Assembly (NCBI GenBank): GCA_003153935.1
Contig: PMCA01000011.1
Coordinates: 67,912-131,911, forward strand
Length of the DNA stretch: 64,000 nucleotides
Source of the DNA: Elusimicrobiota bacterium
Lineage (GTDB): Bacteria; CAYTYR01; UBA6262
Direction: 5' to 3'
Each line of letters starts with the position of its first letter. Position 1 is the stretch's first letter. The notes under the pieces were generated by a model that was given only the letters and a program-made list of their open reading frames with translations, was not told where the DNA came from and did not search any database. Below are positions 18,632-28,332 of the stretch, piece after piece. The position numbers and the translations under genes are program-made.

Positions 18632-19405
18632 CTAATTACCCGCTTCGTAAGTCTCTATTTTTTGGAAGCGTTTGTTCATTTCGGCGAAGGTAGCGTCCAT
18701 GTCCTCAAAAATGCGTTTCAGGTCGTTGATCTGGTCTTCGTGCTCTATCATCTTATTATGCATATGTTCGACGTCGGTGCTTACCTTATGCAGATAGCGG
18801 CTGGTTTCTTCCACATTTTTGGCAAATTTTTCCACGTCAGGAGACTTGGCTTCCTTGGGCATCTTCGCCAGTTCCGTCATACTGCCCTGCACCTTGACAA
18901 CGTTCTTGCCCATTTCCTCTACCTGCCGCTGGTTGCCGGCCAGCGCGTCGTTGAAGCGGTGAGTCTTCTCATACAGGTCTTCGATCCTCTTATTCAGGTT
19001 GCTCAATAATTCTTTGTTGCTATCCTGTAATTTAGCCAATACTTCGTCAGCCTTGATACCGGGCCCGCTCTTCTGGGCGGTTTCCACCTGTTTTTTCATA
19101 TCGTCCAGACCCTTCTGGAAGGTGCTGATCTGGGCGTCCCATTTGTTCAGCCGGGCGTACAGGTCCTCCACTTTGCGGTTCAGGGTCGCGCCGATGTTCT
19201 TGCTTTCGGCGAACATGGCGTCAATGTCCTTGGAAAATTTCTTGAAGGCTTCGGGATCGCCGCTAGCCAGGTTCCCCGACTCCAGGGCCTTGTAGGCCTT
19301 GCCTAACCAGCGGATCAGGACGATGACCATGACTCCCATGACGAGCATCATGATGTTGTAAATTATCTCATGCCGTTCCACGAAAATCATTTTTAAAAAT
19401 TCCAT
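18632..19405 (-). CDS. Membrane-anchored coiled-coil protein, function unknown
   Basis: 257 aa. One N-terminal TM helix (IMMLVMGVMVIVLIRWL), the rest charged heptad-rich with a repeated KxxE pattern. Confidence 0.5.
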   Translation of the reverse strand: MEFLKMIFVERHEIIYNIMMLVMGVMVIVLIRWLGKAYKALESGNLASGDPEAFKKFSKDIDAMFAESKNIGATLNRKVEDLYARLNKWDAQISTFQKGLDDMKKQVETAQKSGPGIKADEVLAKLQDSNKELLSNLNKRIEDLYEKTHRFNDALAGNQRQVEEMGKNVVKVQGSMTELAKMPKEAKSPDVEKFAKNVEETSRYLHKVSTDVEHMHNKMIEHEDQINDLKRIFEDMDATFAEMNKRFQKIETYEAGN

Positions 19406-19419
19406 CTATTCACCTCTTT

Positions 19420-20274
19420 TTATTCTTCGAAAATAACGTTATCTATATATAAGGTGCTGTTAGTAGGCGTACCTAAATATTGCTCGAATACGACGGCGTA
19501 ATTACCATTCATCTGCGTCCAGTTCTTAACATCGGTAAAAGCCTTTAAGGGGATAGAAACTCTCTGCCAGGTGGTGCTGGCGCCGTATGGCAGATATTCC
19601 CGGATATCAACCTTGGAGGCGTTTTCACCGTCCCCCAGCTCGATCTCGAACACTTCGCCGCCTTTGGCGCCTTTTACGTAAAAGCTTACCCGGCGGAATT
19701 TGGTCAGGTCCACTCCGTTCAATTTGCTGTAATAACCGGCATAGCCGTTATTAACGTTGTACACCAGTTTCAGGATATATCCGCCTTCTTCATAAACATT
19801 CGAAGCGTTGCCTTTTTGGTAAGACTCCAGGCAGAAACCGCCGGTGCCGCCGAAGGTGCCGGTATAGCCGCCTAATATATTCCGTTTGGATGAATCGTTA
19901 AAATTATCCAGGATCAATTTAGCCGAAGGCGCCGGTTTGGGCGGAGCAACCGGTTCCGCGGGTTTTACCGCCACTGGCTGTGGTTCCAATTTAGGCGCCG
20001 GTTTGGGCGTTACTTTCGGCAAAGGCGGTATAGGCGTAGGTTTAGGCTTAATGACCACCTGTTCTATAGGCAATGGTTCTGGCACCTGTATAACTTTCGG
20101 CGGGGGCGTTGGCTCCTCCACCTTGGCCTGTTGGATTATCGGAGCGTTCTGGCTGGTCGAGACGGCCGTAGTAAAGAATATCTGTTGCACGAGGAAACGA
20201 GCGGCCTCCAGCATTACCAGCGAGTTGATGATAAATATGATTACTAACATGTTCCTGCGCGTAGGCATTCGCAT
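19420..20274 (-). CDS. Secreted protein with Pro-rich linker and C-terminal galactose-binding-like/CBM-like domain
   Basis: 284 aa. Signal/TM at N-terminus, ~90 aa PxP/PKP low-complexity linker, C-terminal ~150 aa ending in LYIDNVIFEE like CBM-type jelly-roll domains. Confidence 0.45.
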   Translation of the reverse strand: MRMPTRRNMLVIIFIINSLVMLEAARFLVQQIFFTTAVSTSQNAPIIQQAKVEEPTPPPKVIQVPEPLPIEQVVIKPKPTPIPPLPKVTPKPAPKLEPQPVAVKPAEPVAPPKPAPSAKLILDNFNDSSKRNILGGYTGTFGGTGGFCLESYQKGNASNVYEEGGYILKLVYNVNNGYAGYYSKLNGVDLTKFRRVSFYVKGAKGGEVFEIELGDGENASKVDIREYLPYGASTTWQRVSIPLKAFTDVKNWTQMNGNYAVVFEQYLGTPTNSTLYIDNVIFEE

Positions 20275-20334
20275 ACCTCTAATAATAAATATGCCCTAAT
20301 TTTGTTAATCAGTCAATAATAATTTTAGCTTTTT

Positions 20335-21165
20335 TTACCATTTTTCTGCTCTATCCAGGACGTAAACCTTCATTGCCCTTTTGCCAAAACGGTCACATTC
20401 GGCCTCGTTATCCACAGCCAAGTCAATTCGTTTCCCCTTAATGGCGCTACCCGTATCGGCTGCATAAGCATACCCGTAACCCGGGATATACAACCTGGTG
20501 CGCAGGGGAATAACCCGGGGATCAACCGCCACAAAACCGCGCCGCAAAACCAGCCCCAGGCAGGTATGGATACCGTCTCCCCCCGGATAACACAGCGGAT
20601 CATAAGGATAATACGAGGTCGCCACCACCCGGATGCTTTTAGCTTTGGTCAGGTCATATTCCCGGGCGATCTTCCCCTTGCTGTTTTTCAAGATCAGTTT
20701 ATAGACCGGCTTCTTTTCTATTTTTTCGGCCACGATCTGCCTCGTATATTCTACCTGGTCATGATAATTTATCTTGATTTGCCGGCGACGGTTACCGACA
20801 TAACCGCGCTGTATTTCCACCAGCCGCAGGTTACGGCGGGATTCGTCCCGTTGAGTGACAGTGTACGGCAGGTTATCCTGACTGTTAATAATTTCCTCAG
20901 TAACTTTTACTATGCTTATATCCTGCCCCGGCGGCAGGCGCTGTTCAAGTTCCGGAGTGATGATATCGTTAGGTCCGTATTCTATCCGGTTAGCTTCCAG
21001 GATATGGGCCACCTGTCGGTCAATAGCCCGGACGTTGATCACCTTGCCGTCCACTTTAATATTCACTTTGGCGTAGATCCAGTAATAGGGGATCAGGACC
21101 ATGCTGCAAAACACCGCGGTGACAGTCCAGAAATTCGGCAGTTTTTTTTGTCCGTTATTTACCAT
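20335..21165 (-). CDS. YabE-like cell-wall-associated protein (TM-DUF348-G5-3D domain architecture)
   Basis: 276 aa. N-terminal TM, C-terminal 3D domain (VVATSYYPYD...GYGYAYAADTGSAIKGKRIDLAV...MKVYVL). Sits where Bacillus yabE lies relative to metS-tatD. Confidence 0.7.
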   Translation of the reverse strand: MVNNGQKKLPNFWTVTAVFCSMVLIPYYWIYAKVNIKVDGKVINVRAIDRQVAHILEANRIEYGPNDIITPELEQRLPPGQDISIVKVTEEIINSQDNLPYTVTQRDESRRNLRLVEIQRGYVGNRRRQIKINYHDQVEYTRQIVAEKIEKKPVYKLILKNSKGKIAREYDLTKAKSIRVVATSYYPYDPLCYPGGDGIHTCLGLVLRRGFVAVDPRVIPLRTRLYIPGYGYAYAADTGSAIKGKRIDLAVDNEAECDRFGKRAMKVYVLDRAEKW

Positions 21166-21769
21166 AGCTCTTTTCTTTCATGATATCGTCATTATGACGC
21201 AACCGGAAGGTCACTCCCAGCTCCCCGGTCACTATTTGTTCCATTTTTTTCACGTCCATCTCCGGCAGGGCTACGGCCGTGACGGTTACCCGGCGAATGT
21301 ATTTTTTGCACTCCAGTATGAACTCTTTCACTTTTTGATAAGTGTCCGGACCGAATTCCGGTTGGCATAGTTCCTGGTACTTCTCGGCGTTCTCCGCGTT
21401 CAGGCTGACGCTGACCGCGTCAATATACGGGGCCAGTTCCGGTACGATATTGCGCTTATATATAAGATTTCCATGCCCGTTGGTATTCAGCCGGACGGTT
21501 ACTTTTTTTTCTTTTAGGTACTTAGCCACGGCCAGCACTTCGGGTAGTCGCAGCAGCGGTTCGCCATAGCCGCAAAAAACCACTTCCCGATACTGGTCCG
21601 GATCGCCTATGGCGGCGATCAATTCTTCCATCGTCGGTTCAGCTGCCAGTTTTAAATTATACCCCTGCAATTGATCAGTTTTAAAGCGCACGCAAAAACT
21701 GCAGGTATTGGTGCAGCGGTTGGTTATATTTAAGTATAGAGAGTGTCCGATACGGTAAACTATATCCAT
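21155..21769 (-). CDS. Radical SAM protein, TatD-associated family
   Basis: 204 aa. CxxxCxxC cluster motif NRCTNTCSFCV near the N-terminus, small SPASM-less radical SAM core. Immediately downstream of tatD on the same strand with an 11-bp overlap with the yabE-like gene. Confidence 0.75.
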   Translation of the reverse strand: MDIVYRIGHSLYLNITNRCTNTCSFCVRFKTDQLQGYNLKLAAEPTMEELIAAIGDPDQYREVVFCGYGEPLLRLPEVLAVAKYLKEKKVTVRLNTNGHGNLIYKRNIVPELAPYIDAVSVSLNAENAEKYQELCQPEFGPDTYQKVKEFILECKKYIRRVTVTAVALPEMDVKKMEQIVTGELGVTFRLRHNDDIMKEKSYGK

Positions 21770-22543
21770 TTAAACCCCGGCTAACGGTAATTTAAAAAGC
21801 CGCGCGGCGTTGGCGGTAGTCTGCCGGGCGATGGTAGCGCTATCCGTGTTCCTTAACTCGGCTACTTTGGCCGCCATGTGCACCAGGTAGCTGGGCTCGT
21901 TGCGCCCGCCCCGATGCTGTTGCGGGGCCAGATAAGGAGCGTCTGTTTCCAGCAATAATTTGTCGGCTGGCAAATACTTTACCGCATCCTGCAGGACCAG
22001 TGAACGGGGAAACGTAACTACGCCGGTAATGCCGATCAAATAACCCAGCCCGACTAGCTCCTCCGCTTCGGAGCGGTTACCGGAAAAACAATGGATAACC
22101 CCGGTCAGACCCGTATATTTTCTTAAAATATCTATTACCTCGTTGGTGGCTTCACGGCTATGGACCACCACCGGCAAGCCCAATTCCCGGGCCAAGTCCA
22201 GCTGGGCGATAAAAGCCTGGCGTTGTACGTCTTTAGGGGAAAGGTTGCGGTAATAATCCAAACCGATCTCCCCGATAGCTACCACTTTCTTTTCTGCCGT
22301 TAACTGTTTAATGACTTGCGCCGTGGCCGGAGTAAAGTTACAAGCGTCGTGGGGATGAACCCCGACGACGGCAAAAATACAGTCGTGCTGAGCGGCCAGG
22401 GATACGGCTTGCCAGCTGGACGATTCGTCGTAACTGACCACAATGATCAGCTCCACCCCGGCATTTTTAGCCCTGGTCATGACCGCCGCCTGGTCCTGGC
22501 TGTAGACCTTATCCTGCAAATGAGCGTGAGTGTCTATGAGCAA
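21770..22543 (-). CDS. tatD: TatD family metal-dependent deoxyribonuclease/hydrolase
   Basis: LIDTHAHLQD...HSREATNEV...GEIGLDYY motifs. The ORF track start (22684) overlaps metG by 150 bp in another frame, so the TTG at 22541-22543 just before LIDTHAHL is the likely start. Confidence 0.8.
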   Translation of the reverse strand: MLIDTHAHLQDKVYSQDQAAVMTRAKNAGVELIIVVSYDESSSWQAVSLAAQHDCIFAVVGVHPHDACNFTPATAQVIKQLTAEKKVVAIGEIGLDYYRNLSPKDVQRQAFIAQLDLARELGLPVVVHSREATNEVIDILRKYTGLTGVIHCFSGNRSEAEELVGLGYLIGITGVVTFPRSLVLQDAVKYLPADKLLLETDAPYLAPQQHRGGRNEPSYLVHMAAKVAELRNTDSATIARQTTANAARLFKLPLAGV

Positions 22544-24090
22544 CGCGCGCCCTCTTCGTTTATTTCCAGTTTGGGGAATAAGGGTTGGCCCTTGAGTATG
22601 CGTGTTTTGCCCGGGAACTGGTTGAGGCTGGTTTTTGTAATTTCCAGCTCTGCCGGCGTTCCGGGTAATCCCAGCTGTTCCCACATCAGCTGGCTGATCT
22701 TGGGCATGAACGGGGAAAGATAGACGGCGACCAGGCGCAAAATATCCACCAGGTTATAGAGGACAGCGGCTAATTCTTCCTTATCCGTTTTGGCTAATTT
22801 CCACGGTGCTTTATTTTCAATATACCGGTTAGCGGCGTCAATTATCTCCCAGATCCTTTCCAACGCTAAACTAAAAGCCAGCTCGCTTAAATGCTGCTCG
22901 ATCCTGGCCGGCAAGGCCTGTGCCAGCCGGGTTAAAGTCTCGTCCGTTTTTCGCCCTGGAGCTGGATCCGGCACGATCCCTGCAAAATATTTTTCCAGCA
23001 TGGTCAGGGTACGATTGAGCAGGTTGCCGAGATTATTGGCCAGGTCCGCCTGGTAACGCGCGGACAAAGCGGTCTCGGAGAAATCCCCGTCCTGGCCAAA
23101 GGGCACTTCCCGCAGCAGGAAGTAGCGATAACTATCCACGCCGAACTGCGCGCTGATCTTAAGCGGGTCCACTACGTTGCCACGCGACTTGGACATCTTC
23201 TCTCCGGCGATGGTCCACCAGCCATGGGCAAATATCTTTTTCGGCAGCTCGATCCCGGCCGCCAGCAGCAGCGCCGGCCAAATTATCGCGTGGAACTTCA
23301 AGATATCCTTGCCGATCACCTGCACATCGGCGGGCCAGACCCGGCCGAAGCGTTCCGGTTCTATTCCGTATCCCGGCGCGCTGATGTAATTAAGGAGCGC
23401 GTCGAACCAGACATAGATCACCTGTTCCTGGTCGAAGGGACAGGCAATGCCCCACCCTCCGATCCGGCTGCGGGGACGGGAAACGCTGAGATCCCTTAAC
23501 CCGCTTTTGACAAAATTTACGATCTCATGATAGCGGCCCAACGGCTGCACAAAATCCGGATGGCTTTCTATATAAGCCAGCAACTGATCCTGGTATTTGG
23601 ACATGCGGAAGAAATATGTATTCTCTTTAAGTTTTTCCAGGGGACGCCCGCAATCCGGGCACAGTCCTTTTTCTATCTGCGTCTCCAGGTAGAAGGTCTC
23701 GCAGGGAACGCAATACCACCCTTCATACTGGCCGGGATAGATATCACCTTTGGCATGCAGATCGGCAAATAACTTCTGCACCACCTTTTCATGCCGGGGA
23801 TCGGTAGTGCGGATAAAATCATCGTTACCGATATTAAGGGCTTTCCACATGGCTTTGTATTTTTCCACTACTTCGTCCACTAATTGCTGTGGTTCTTTAC
23901 CGGCCGCCTTGGCCGCCTGGCTGACTTTCTGCCCATGCTCGTCGGTGCCGGTCAGGAAATAGGTCTCCCGCCCGTTCAGTCGCTGGTAGCGCGACAGCAC
24001 ATCGCAGGCAATCGTGGTATACGAATGCCCGATATGGGGCGTATCGTTTACGTAATAGATCGGGGTGGTAATATAAAAAACCTTGTTCAT
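22534..24090 (-). CDS. metG: Methionine--tRNA ligase
   Basis: HIGH motif (PHIGHSYT), KMSKS motif, Zn knuckle CPDCG. Start taken at MNKVFYITTPIYY (24090), which abuts the stop of the upstream gene at 24087. Confidence 0.9.
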   Translation of the reverse strand: MNKVFYITTPIYYVNDTPHIGHSYTTIACDVLSRYQRLNGRETYFLTGTDEHGQKVSQAAKAAGKEPQQLVDEVVEKYKAMWKALNIGNDDFIRTTDPRHEKVVQKLFADLHAKGDIYPGQYEGWYCVPCETFYLETQIEKGLCPDCGRPLEKLKENTYFFRMSKYQDQLLAYIESHPDFVQPLGRYHEIVNFVKSGLRDLSVSRPRSRIGGWGIACPFDQEQVIYVWFDALLNYISAPGYGIEPERFGRVWPADVQVIGKDILKFHAIIWPALLLAAGIELPKKIFAHGWWTIAGEKMSKSRGNVVDPLKISAQFGVDSYRYFLLREVPFGQDGDFSETALSARYQADLANNLGNLLNRTLTMLEKYFAGIVPDPAPGRKTDETLTRLAQALPARIEQHLSELAFSLALERIWEIIDAANRYIENKAPWKLAKTDKEELAAVLYNLVDILRLVAVYLSPFMPKISQLMWEQLGLPGTPAELEITKTSLNQFPGKTRILKGQPLFPKLEINEEGARCS

Positions 24091-24908
24091 TTTTTGATTT
24101 CCTTGGCCACCGGTTTGGCGCCGCTGATGTCGGCCAGGCTGCACTCACGCACCGTGCCGTCTTCCATCTCGATAATGATCTTCTGGCATAATATATTTAC
24201 GCTTCTAACCCGGCCGTTGCCTTCTTTGATCTTGATCCGGGAGTCAACTTCCGGATATTTTTTTCGCTCTTCCTGGTAAAAATTATATTCGTAGGACAGG
24301 CAGCACATCAGACGGCCGCAAACCCCGGATATCTTGCTGGACGCCAGGGATAATTCCTGTTCCTTGGCCATGTCTATGGTTACCGGTTTGAAATCCTTGA
24401 GAAAAGTAACGCAGCATAGGCGGCGCCCGCAGCAGCCGAAACCGCCAACCATTTTGGCTTCGTCCCTGACCCCGACCTGGCACATCTCGATGCGCGTCTT
24501 GAATATATAGGCCAAATCCTTTACCAACTCCCGGAAATCCACCCTTTCCGGCGCCGTATAATAGATAAATAATTTACTGCGGCTGAAGGTGTATTCAACT
24601 GTGACCAGTTTCATATTTAATTCCCGGTCTTCCACTTTCTCGACGCAGCTTTTGAACGCCTCTTCCTCTTTTTTCTGGTTAACGCTTACCTGGTTGCGGT
24701 CTTCATTGTTCAACCGCCGCACCAGCTTTTTTATATCGGCCGGCGGAGAGTCGCTGTTTTTCGGCAAAGCTACGACCTGACCTGCTTCCAGGCCATTTTC
24801 CGTTTCCACCAGGCATTCCTCGCCGACGTTCAGCTCCAGCTGTTCCGGCATGATAAAATAACTGATCTCTTTCAGTTTGCGATATGAAACATGCACTATT
24901 TTAGGCAT
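24087..24908 (-). CDS. ricT: PSP1-domain protein (RicT/YaaT homologue)
   Basis: 273 aa. PSP1 C-terminal domain with Cys pairs (GGFGCCGRRLCC, GVCGRLMCC). Conserved position downstream of holB. Confidence 0.8.
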   Translation of the reverse strand: MPKIVHVSYRKLKEISYFIMPEQLELNVGEECLVETENGLEAGQVVALPKNSDSPPADIKKLVRRLNNEDRNQVSVNQKKEEEAFKSCVEKVEDRELNMKLVTVEYTFSRSKLFIYYTAPERVDFRELVKDLAYIFKTRIEMCQVGVRDEAKMVGGFGCCGRRLCCVTFLKDFKPVTIDMAKEQELSLASSKISGVCGRLMCCLSYEYNFYQEERKKYPEVDSRIKIKEGNGRVRSVNILCQKIIIEMEDGTVRECSLADISGAKPVAKEIKK

Positions 24909-25731
24909 TTTTTATCCTTAAGAAAATGTTTTCCAGGGTTAACCGGAGATTTATATTTCTGAACATGTTTTGTTTGGCCTGCAGGATACTGTCCACGATA
25001 TCCTGCCGCACTGGCGCCGAGCCACGGGCATAATGATACAACATCAGATCCAGGATTAAATTTACTCCTTCTTTATCCCAGGACAGTTTTTGCGTGGCGT
25101 TAAAGATATTTTCCCAACTCTGCCCAGGCAAGCCTTGGACGAATTCATCCCATTCTTTCTTCTTGGCAAAGATATCCGCCTGCAGATAGTGTTCGGCTAG
25201 GCCCATGCTGCCCTGGGCGAAAGTCGCCAGGAAACTTAATTGCTCCTTATCTAACCCGTCGCGGTTCGGCAGTAAACCGGCCATTTCTTCCGCGGTTAAC
25301 GGCAGGAAATTTATCCGCTGGCACCGGGACAGGATAGTGGGCAACAGGGCCGCGGGATTGGCGCTGACCAGCACCAAAACTGAATCCCCCGGCGGTTCTT
25401 CCAGTGTCTTAAGCAAACAGTTAGCGGCGTCCTTGGTTAAAATATGCGCGTTATCAATGATAAAAACCTTATATTTAGCTACCAGGGGCCGCAGCATTAT
25501 TTCTGCCTGCAATTCCCGTACCTGCTCTATTTTTATAGCGTTGGTTTTTTCTTCCTTGCTGATGATTCGGACATCCGCCTGCAGCGCCCGCGCGAATTCC
25601 AGCGCCACCAGCTTTTTGCCTACGCCTTCCGGACCGGCAAACAGATAGGCCGAAGCGACTTGCCCGTTCTTGACCGCCTGCCGCAACCTGGTTCTTATTT
25701 CCTTATGCCCTACTATGGGCGCTGTTTCCAT
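24901..25731 (-). CDS. holB: DNA polymerase III delta-prime subunit
   Basis: 276 aa AAA+ clamp-loader fold (AYLFAGPEGVGKKLVA, KVFIIDNAHIL...LKTLEEPP). Confidence 0.8.
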   Translation of the reverse strand: METAPIVGHKEIRTRLRQAVKNGQVASAYLFAGPEGVGKKLVALEFARALQADVRIISKEEKTNAIKIEQVRELQAEIMLRPLVAKYKVFIIDNAHILTKDAANCLLKTLEEPPGDSVLVLVSANPAALLPTILSRCQRINFLPLTAEEMAGLLPNRDGLDKEQLSFLATFAQGSMGLAEHYLQADIFAKKKEWDEFVQGLPGQSWENIFNATQKLSWDKEGVNLILDLMLYHYARGSAPVRQDIVDSILQAKQNMFRNINLRLTLENIFLRIKNA

Positions 25732-26357
25732 GATCGTATTTTCTTTTCCAGTAGTTTAATTATCAGTTGATGCGTTTTCTCAATTGATTGTTTGGCCGTG
25801 ATTATTTTGATGCGGCCCGGTTCCCGCCTGGCCAAGGCCAGGTACCCATTACGGACCCGGCGGTGAAAAGCCAGCTTTTCTCTTTCAAACCGGTCCTTGG
25901 TCCCTTTAGCTTGGAGCACTTTTCTCAGTCCCCGCGCCGGGTCTATGTCCAGCAGGAAGGTCAGATCCGGGGCCAACCCCTGGGCTGCCAGGTTATTCAT
26001 TTGGCTGATCATCTTCCGGTCCAAGCCGCGTCCATAACCCTGGTAAGCCAGTGTAGCGTCATTAAACCTCTCACAGACTACTACGCTACCGGCGGCTATC
26101 GCCGGCTTGATCAAATGTCCGACATGCTGGGACCGGCAGGCCCAATAAAGGAAAAGTTCACCCGCGGGGGTGATCTTATTAGCAGGAGCCAATAGGATGC
26201 CGCGTAGCTTTTCGGCTACTGAATCACCACCCGGTTCCCGGGTATGCACCGCCTGCCAACCGTTCTTCTTCAAATAGTCGACCAATAAAAGGGCCTGGGT
26301 GGTTTTGCCACTGCCATCGGGCCCTTCCAGTGTAATAAACAGCCCGGATTTTTTCAT
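25713..26357 (-). CDS. tmk: Thymidylate kinase
   Basis: 214 aa. P-loop FITLEGPDGSGKTTQ, DRF/LID region. Confidence 0.9.
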   Translation of the reverse strand: MKKSGLFITLEGPDGSGKTTQALLLVDYLKKNGWQAVHTREPGGDSVAEKLRGILLAPANKITPAGELFLYWACRSQHVGHLIKPAIAAGSVVVCERFNDATLAYQGYGRGLDRKMISQMNNLAAQGLAPDLTFLLDIDPARGLRKVLQAKGTKDRFEREKLAFHRRVRNGYLALARREPGRIKIITAKQSIEKTHQLIIKLLEKKIRSWKQRP

Positions 26358-26362
26358 TTTAT

Positions 26363-26857
26363 TTACTCGTTTTTAAGGTGGGTGTAGCTTTCCAGAGTTA
26401 CCATTTGCTCGTTCTTAGCTAAAACCAGCTTGATATAGATGCAGCGCGGATCCTCATCCGGGGGAATAGTGGCCGGATTGCTTTTGGCGAAATATATCTG
26501 ATTTAAATTGGCGGTAACGGTGCTTTCCACTCCATTCAATTGACGCCATAAGGTCGTGCCGTTTAAATAATAGCTCACGTTGAAGGTCCCGGTATCCTTT
26601 ACCATAGTGAAAGATATTTTGCTGTTGGCCGGCGTAGCTCCAGTATATACTACGACTGTGGACGCTTGCGCTTGCCGGATATACTGGGTCATTTCGTCCA
26701 TAGCTACCCGGGCGCCCTGCTGTACTTCTACCTGGGAATAATTCTTCTTCCAGCTTTTGGCAGTGTTTTCAAAAAATCTAGCACCAGCTATAACCAGCAC
26801 CCCCATTATCATGACTACCATCATGATTTCTGTGAGGGTAAACCCTTTATCCTTCAC
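26363..26857 (-). CDS. Pseudopilin / minor pilin with prepilin N-terminal methylation motif (GspJ/PilW-like)
   Basis: 164 aa. DKG|FTLTEIMMVVMIMGVLVIAG class III signal. Confidence 0.65.
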   Translation of the reverse strand: MKDKGFTLTEIMMVVMIMGVLVIAGARFFENTAKSWKKNYSQVEVQQGARVAMDEMTQYIRQAQASTVVVYTGATPANSKISFTMVKDTGTFNVSYYLNGTTLWRQLNGVESTVTANLNQIYFAKSNPATIPPDEDPRCIYIKLVLAKNEQMVTLESYTHLKNE

Positions 26858-26907
26858 GCTGTCCCCCGAGAGCCTAAACTTTCTTCCCTACGGACATATT
26901 ATACTGA

Positions 26908-28323
26908 TTATTTCACTTCTTGCCAAGTAATAATTTTAAATGGGTACAAGCTGTCGGCATTGCTTATGGCGGTGGGGTCGTAAAGTATATCCGCAGTGCC
27001 AAGGATAGCCGCCACATCAACCATGGATTGGGTCAAGATACTACCGCGAATTAAGGCATGCCCGGCCATATGAAAACTGCCTAAGACATAGATAACGCCG
27101 TCGAATTGTCCGCCGCCATTCATGTCAAAATCGCCATTTACTATCAAGATCCCGCTGCCCGACCAGCCCGCATTGACATGAAAATTACCCTCGATCCAGG
27201 TGATCCCATGGCAAGCCACGTTATTGGCCGGGTTATAATATTTAGCATTGGCAAACCCAACTAATTGCGCCTGGGTCAAACCGAAAACATCTTCAAAACT
27301 GGGGAAGGGAGCGTTCCCTGTGGGAGGATTGCCGGCGACTGAACCGCTGCCAAAGGTGTTGACATTGTTGCCCACAGGCACCAGCACCCCGGTTATAGAA
27401 CCGCCGCCAATATGGGCGTTACCGCCTATGTTAACGTTACCGCCGCATGTCAACGCGCTGTCCACGGAGATATTGCCCGCTAATTTTTCGACGGTTGCTT
27501 TTATCTTCTTGGAATATACGCTTACTTTACTGGTAGACAATATGTCCCGTTTATTGGGAAAGCCGGCCGGCGTGGAAACAACCACAGTAAATTGGCCCTC
27601 TCCTAACGAAGTCCCGTCCTCTCCGGCATAGCTGGCGTCTCGGTTCAATTCCCACATCGCTTTTTCTATCCCGGCGTCAGCTACATAAAGAGCGCTATTC
27701 CCCTTACTGCTTTTTACGGTTTTTTGGCTTTCGCTCCTGGTAACATAAACCAAGGAAGTGCCTATACCTAAAACAATGATCAGTACGCCTACGGCAAATA
27801 GCAGGGTATTACCTCGGTTATCTTTGACCTTCATTTTCCTGACTAGGATGAAGATCCCAAACCCTAACAGGACTAAAAGCATCGCTCCCGGCAGCCAGAT
27901 AGGCCAGCCAGAGCCACTTTCTTCATTGGCCAAGGCTTTTTCTCTGGCTTGCGCTGCTTCTTTATTAATCATGACCATTGATGGTGCTGGTTGGCTGCCT
28001 ATAGGGGATACCGTGTTCGTATTTTGGTTAGCTGGTATATTAAGCTTGTCACTGTTGGCCTTCTTCCTGGCAATTTCCTCTTTGGAAGGCATGGGATAGG
28101 ACCTGGGCGCCGGCTTAACCAGGGGAACCTTGATACCTGATAAGGCTTTGGCTTTCTTTTCAGTAAGGATCTGCTGTTTCATGGCATCTTCGCGAGCTAC
28201 AGCGCTACTCAAGTCCGGGACGCCATCAGCCACGTTCCGTAAAGCAAACACCTGACTGCAAACCGTTATTAACATTAATGTCATTATTACTGAAGTTAAT
28301 AAAACCTTATGTTTCGACATCAT
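26908..28323 (-). CDS. PilX-N family protein with N-terminal 160-aa extension and C-terminal Gly-rich beta-helix-like repeats
   Basis: 471 aa. Residues ~163 onward (MKVKDNRGNTLLFAVGVLIIVLGIG...ALYVADAGIEKAMWEL) align with the start of the downstream paralog. C-terminal repeats GGNVNIGGNAHIGGGSITG...VNGDFDMNGGGQFDGVIYVLGSF. The start abuts the upstream stop, which supports the long form. Confidence 0.55.
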   Translation of the reverse strand: MMSKHKVLLTSVIMTLMLITVCSQVFALRNVADGVPDLSSAVAREDAMKQQILTEKKAKALSGIKVPLVKPAPRSYPMPSKEEIARKKANSDKLNIPANQNTNTVSPIGSQPAPSMVMINKEAAQAREKALANEESGSGWPIWLPGAMLLVLLGFGIFILVRKMKVKDNRGNTLLFAVGVLIIVLGIGTSLVYVTRSESQKTVKSSKGNSALYVADAGIEKAMWELNRDASYAGEDGTSLGEGQFTVVVSTPAGFPNKRDILSTSKVSVYSKKIKATVEKLAGNISVDSALTCGGNVNIGGNAHIGGGSITGVLVPVGNNVNTFGSGSVAGNPPTGNAPFPSFEDVFGLTQAQLVGFANAKYYNPANNVACHGITWIEGNFHVNAGWSGSGILIVNGDFDMNGGGQFDGVIYVLGSFHMAGHALIRGSILTQSMVDVAAILGTADILYDPTAISNADSLYPFKIITWQEVK

Positions 28324-28332
28324 CCCTCCGGA

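Noticed and set aside
22544-22684. N-terminal 47-aa extension of tatD in the ORF track
   Set aside because: It overlaps the metG 3' end by 150 bp and has no homology. The TTG start just before LIDTHAHL is preferred.
24091-24144. N-terminal extension of metG (MQPGRHQRRQTGGQGNQK)
   Set aside because: The canonical MetG N-terminus begins at MNKVFYITTPIYY. The extension overlaps the upstream gene's stop.
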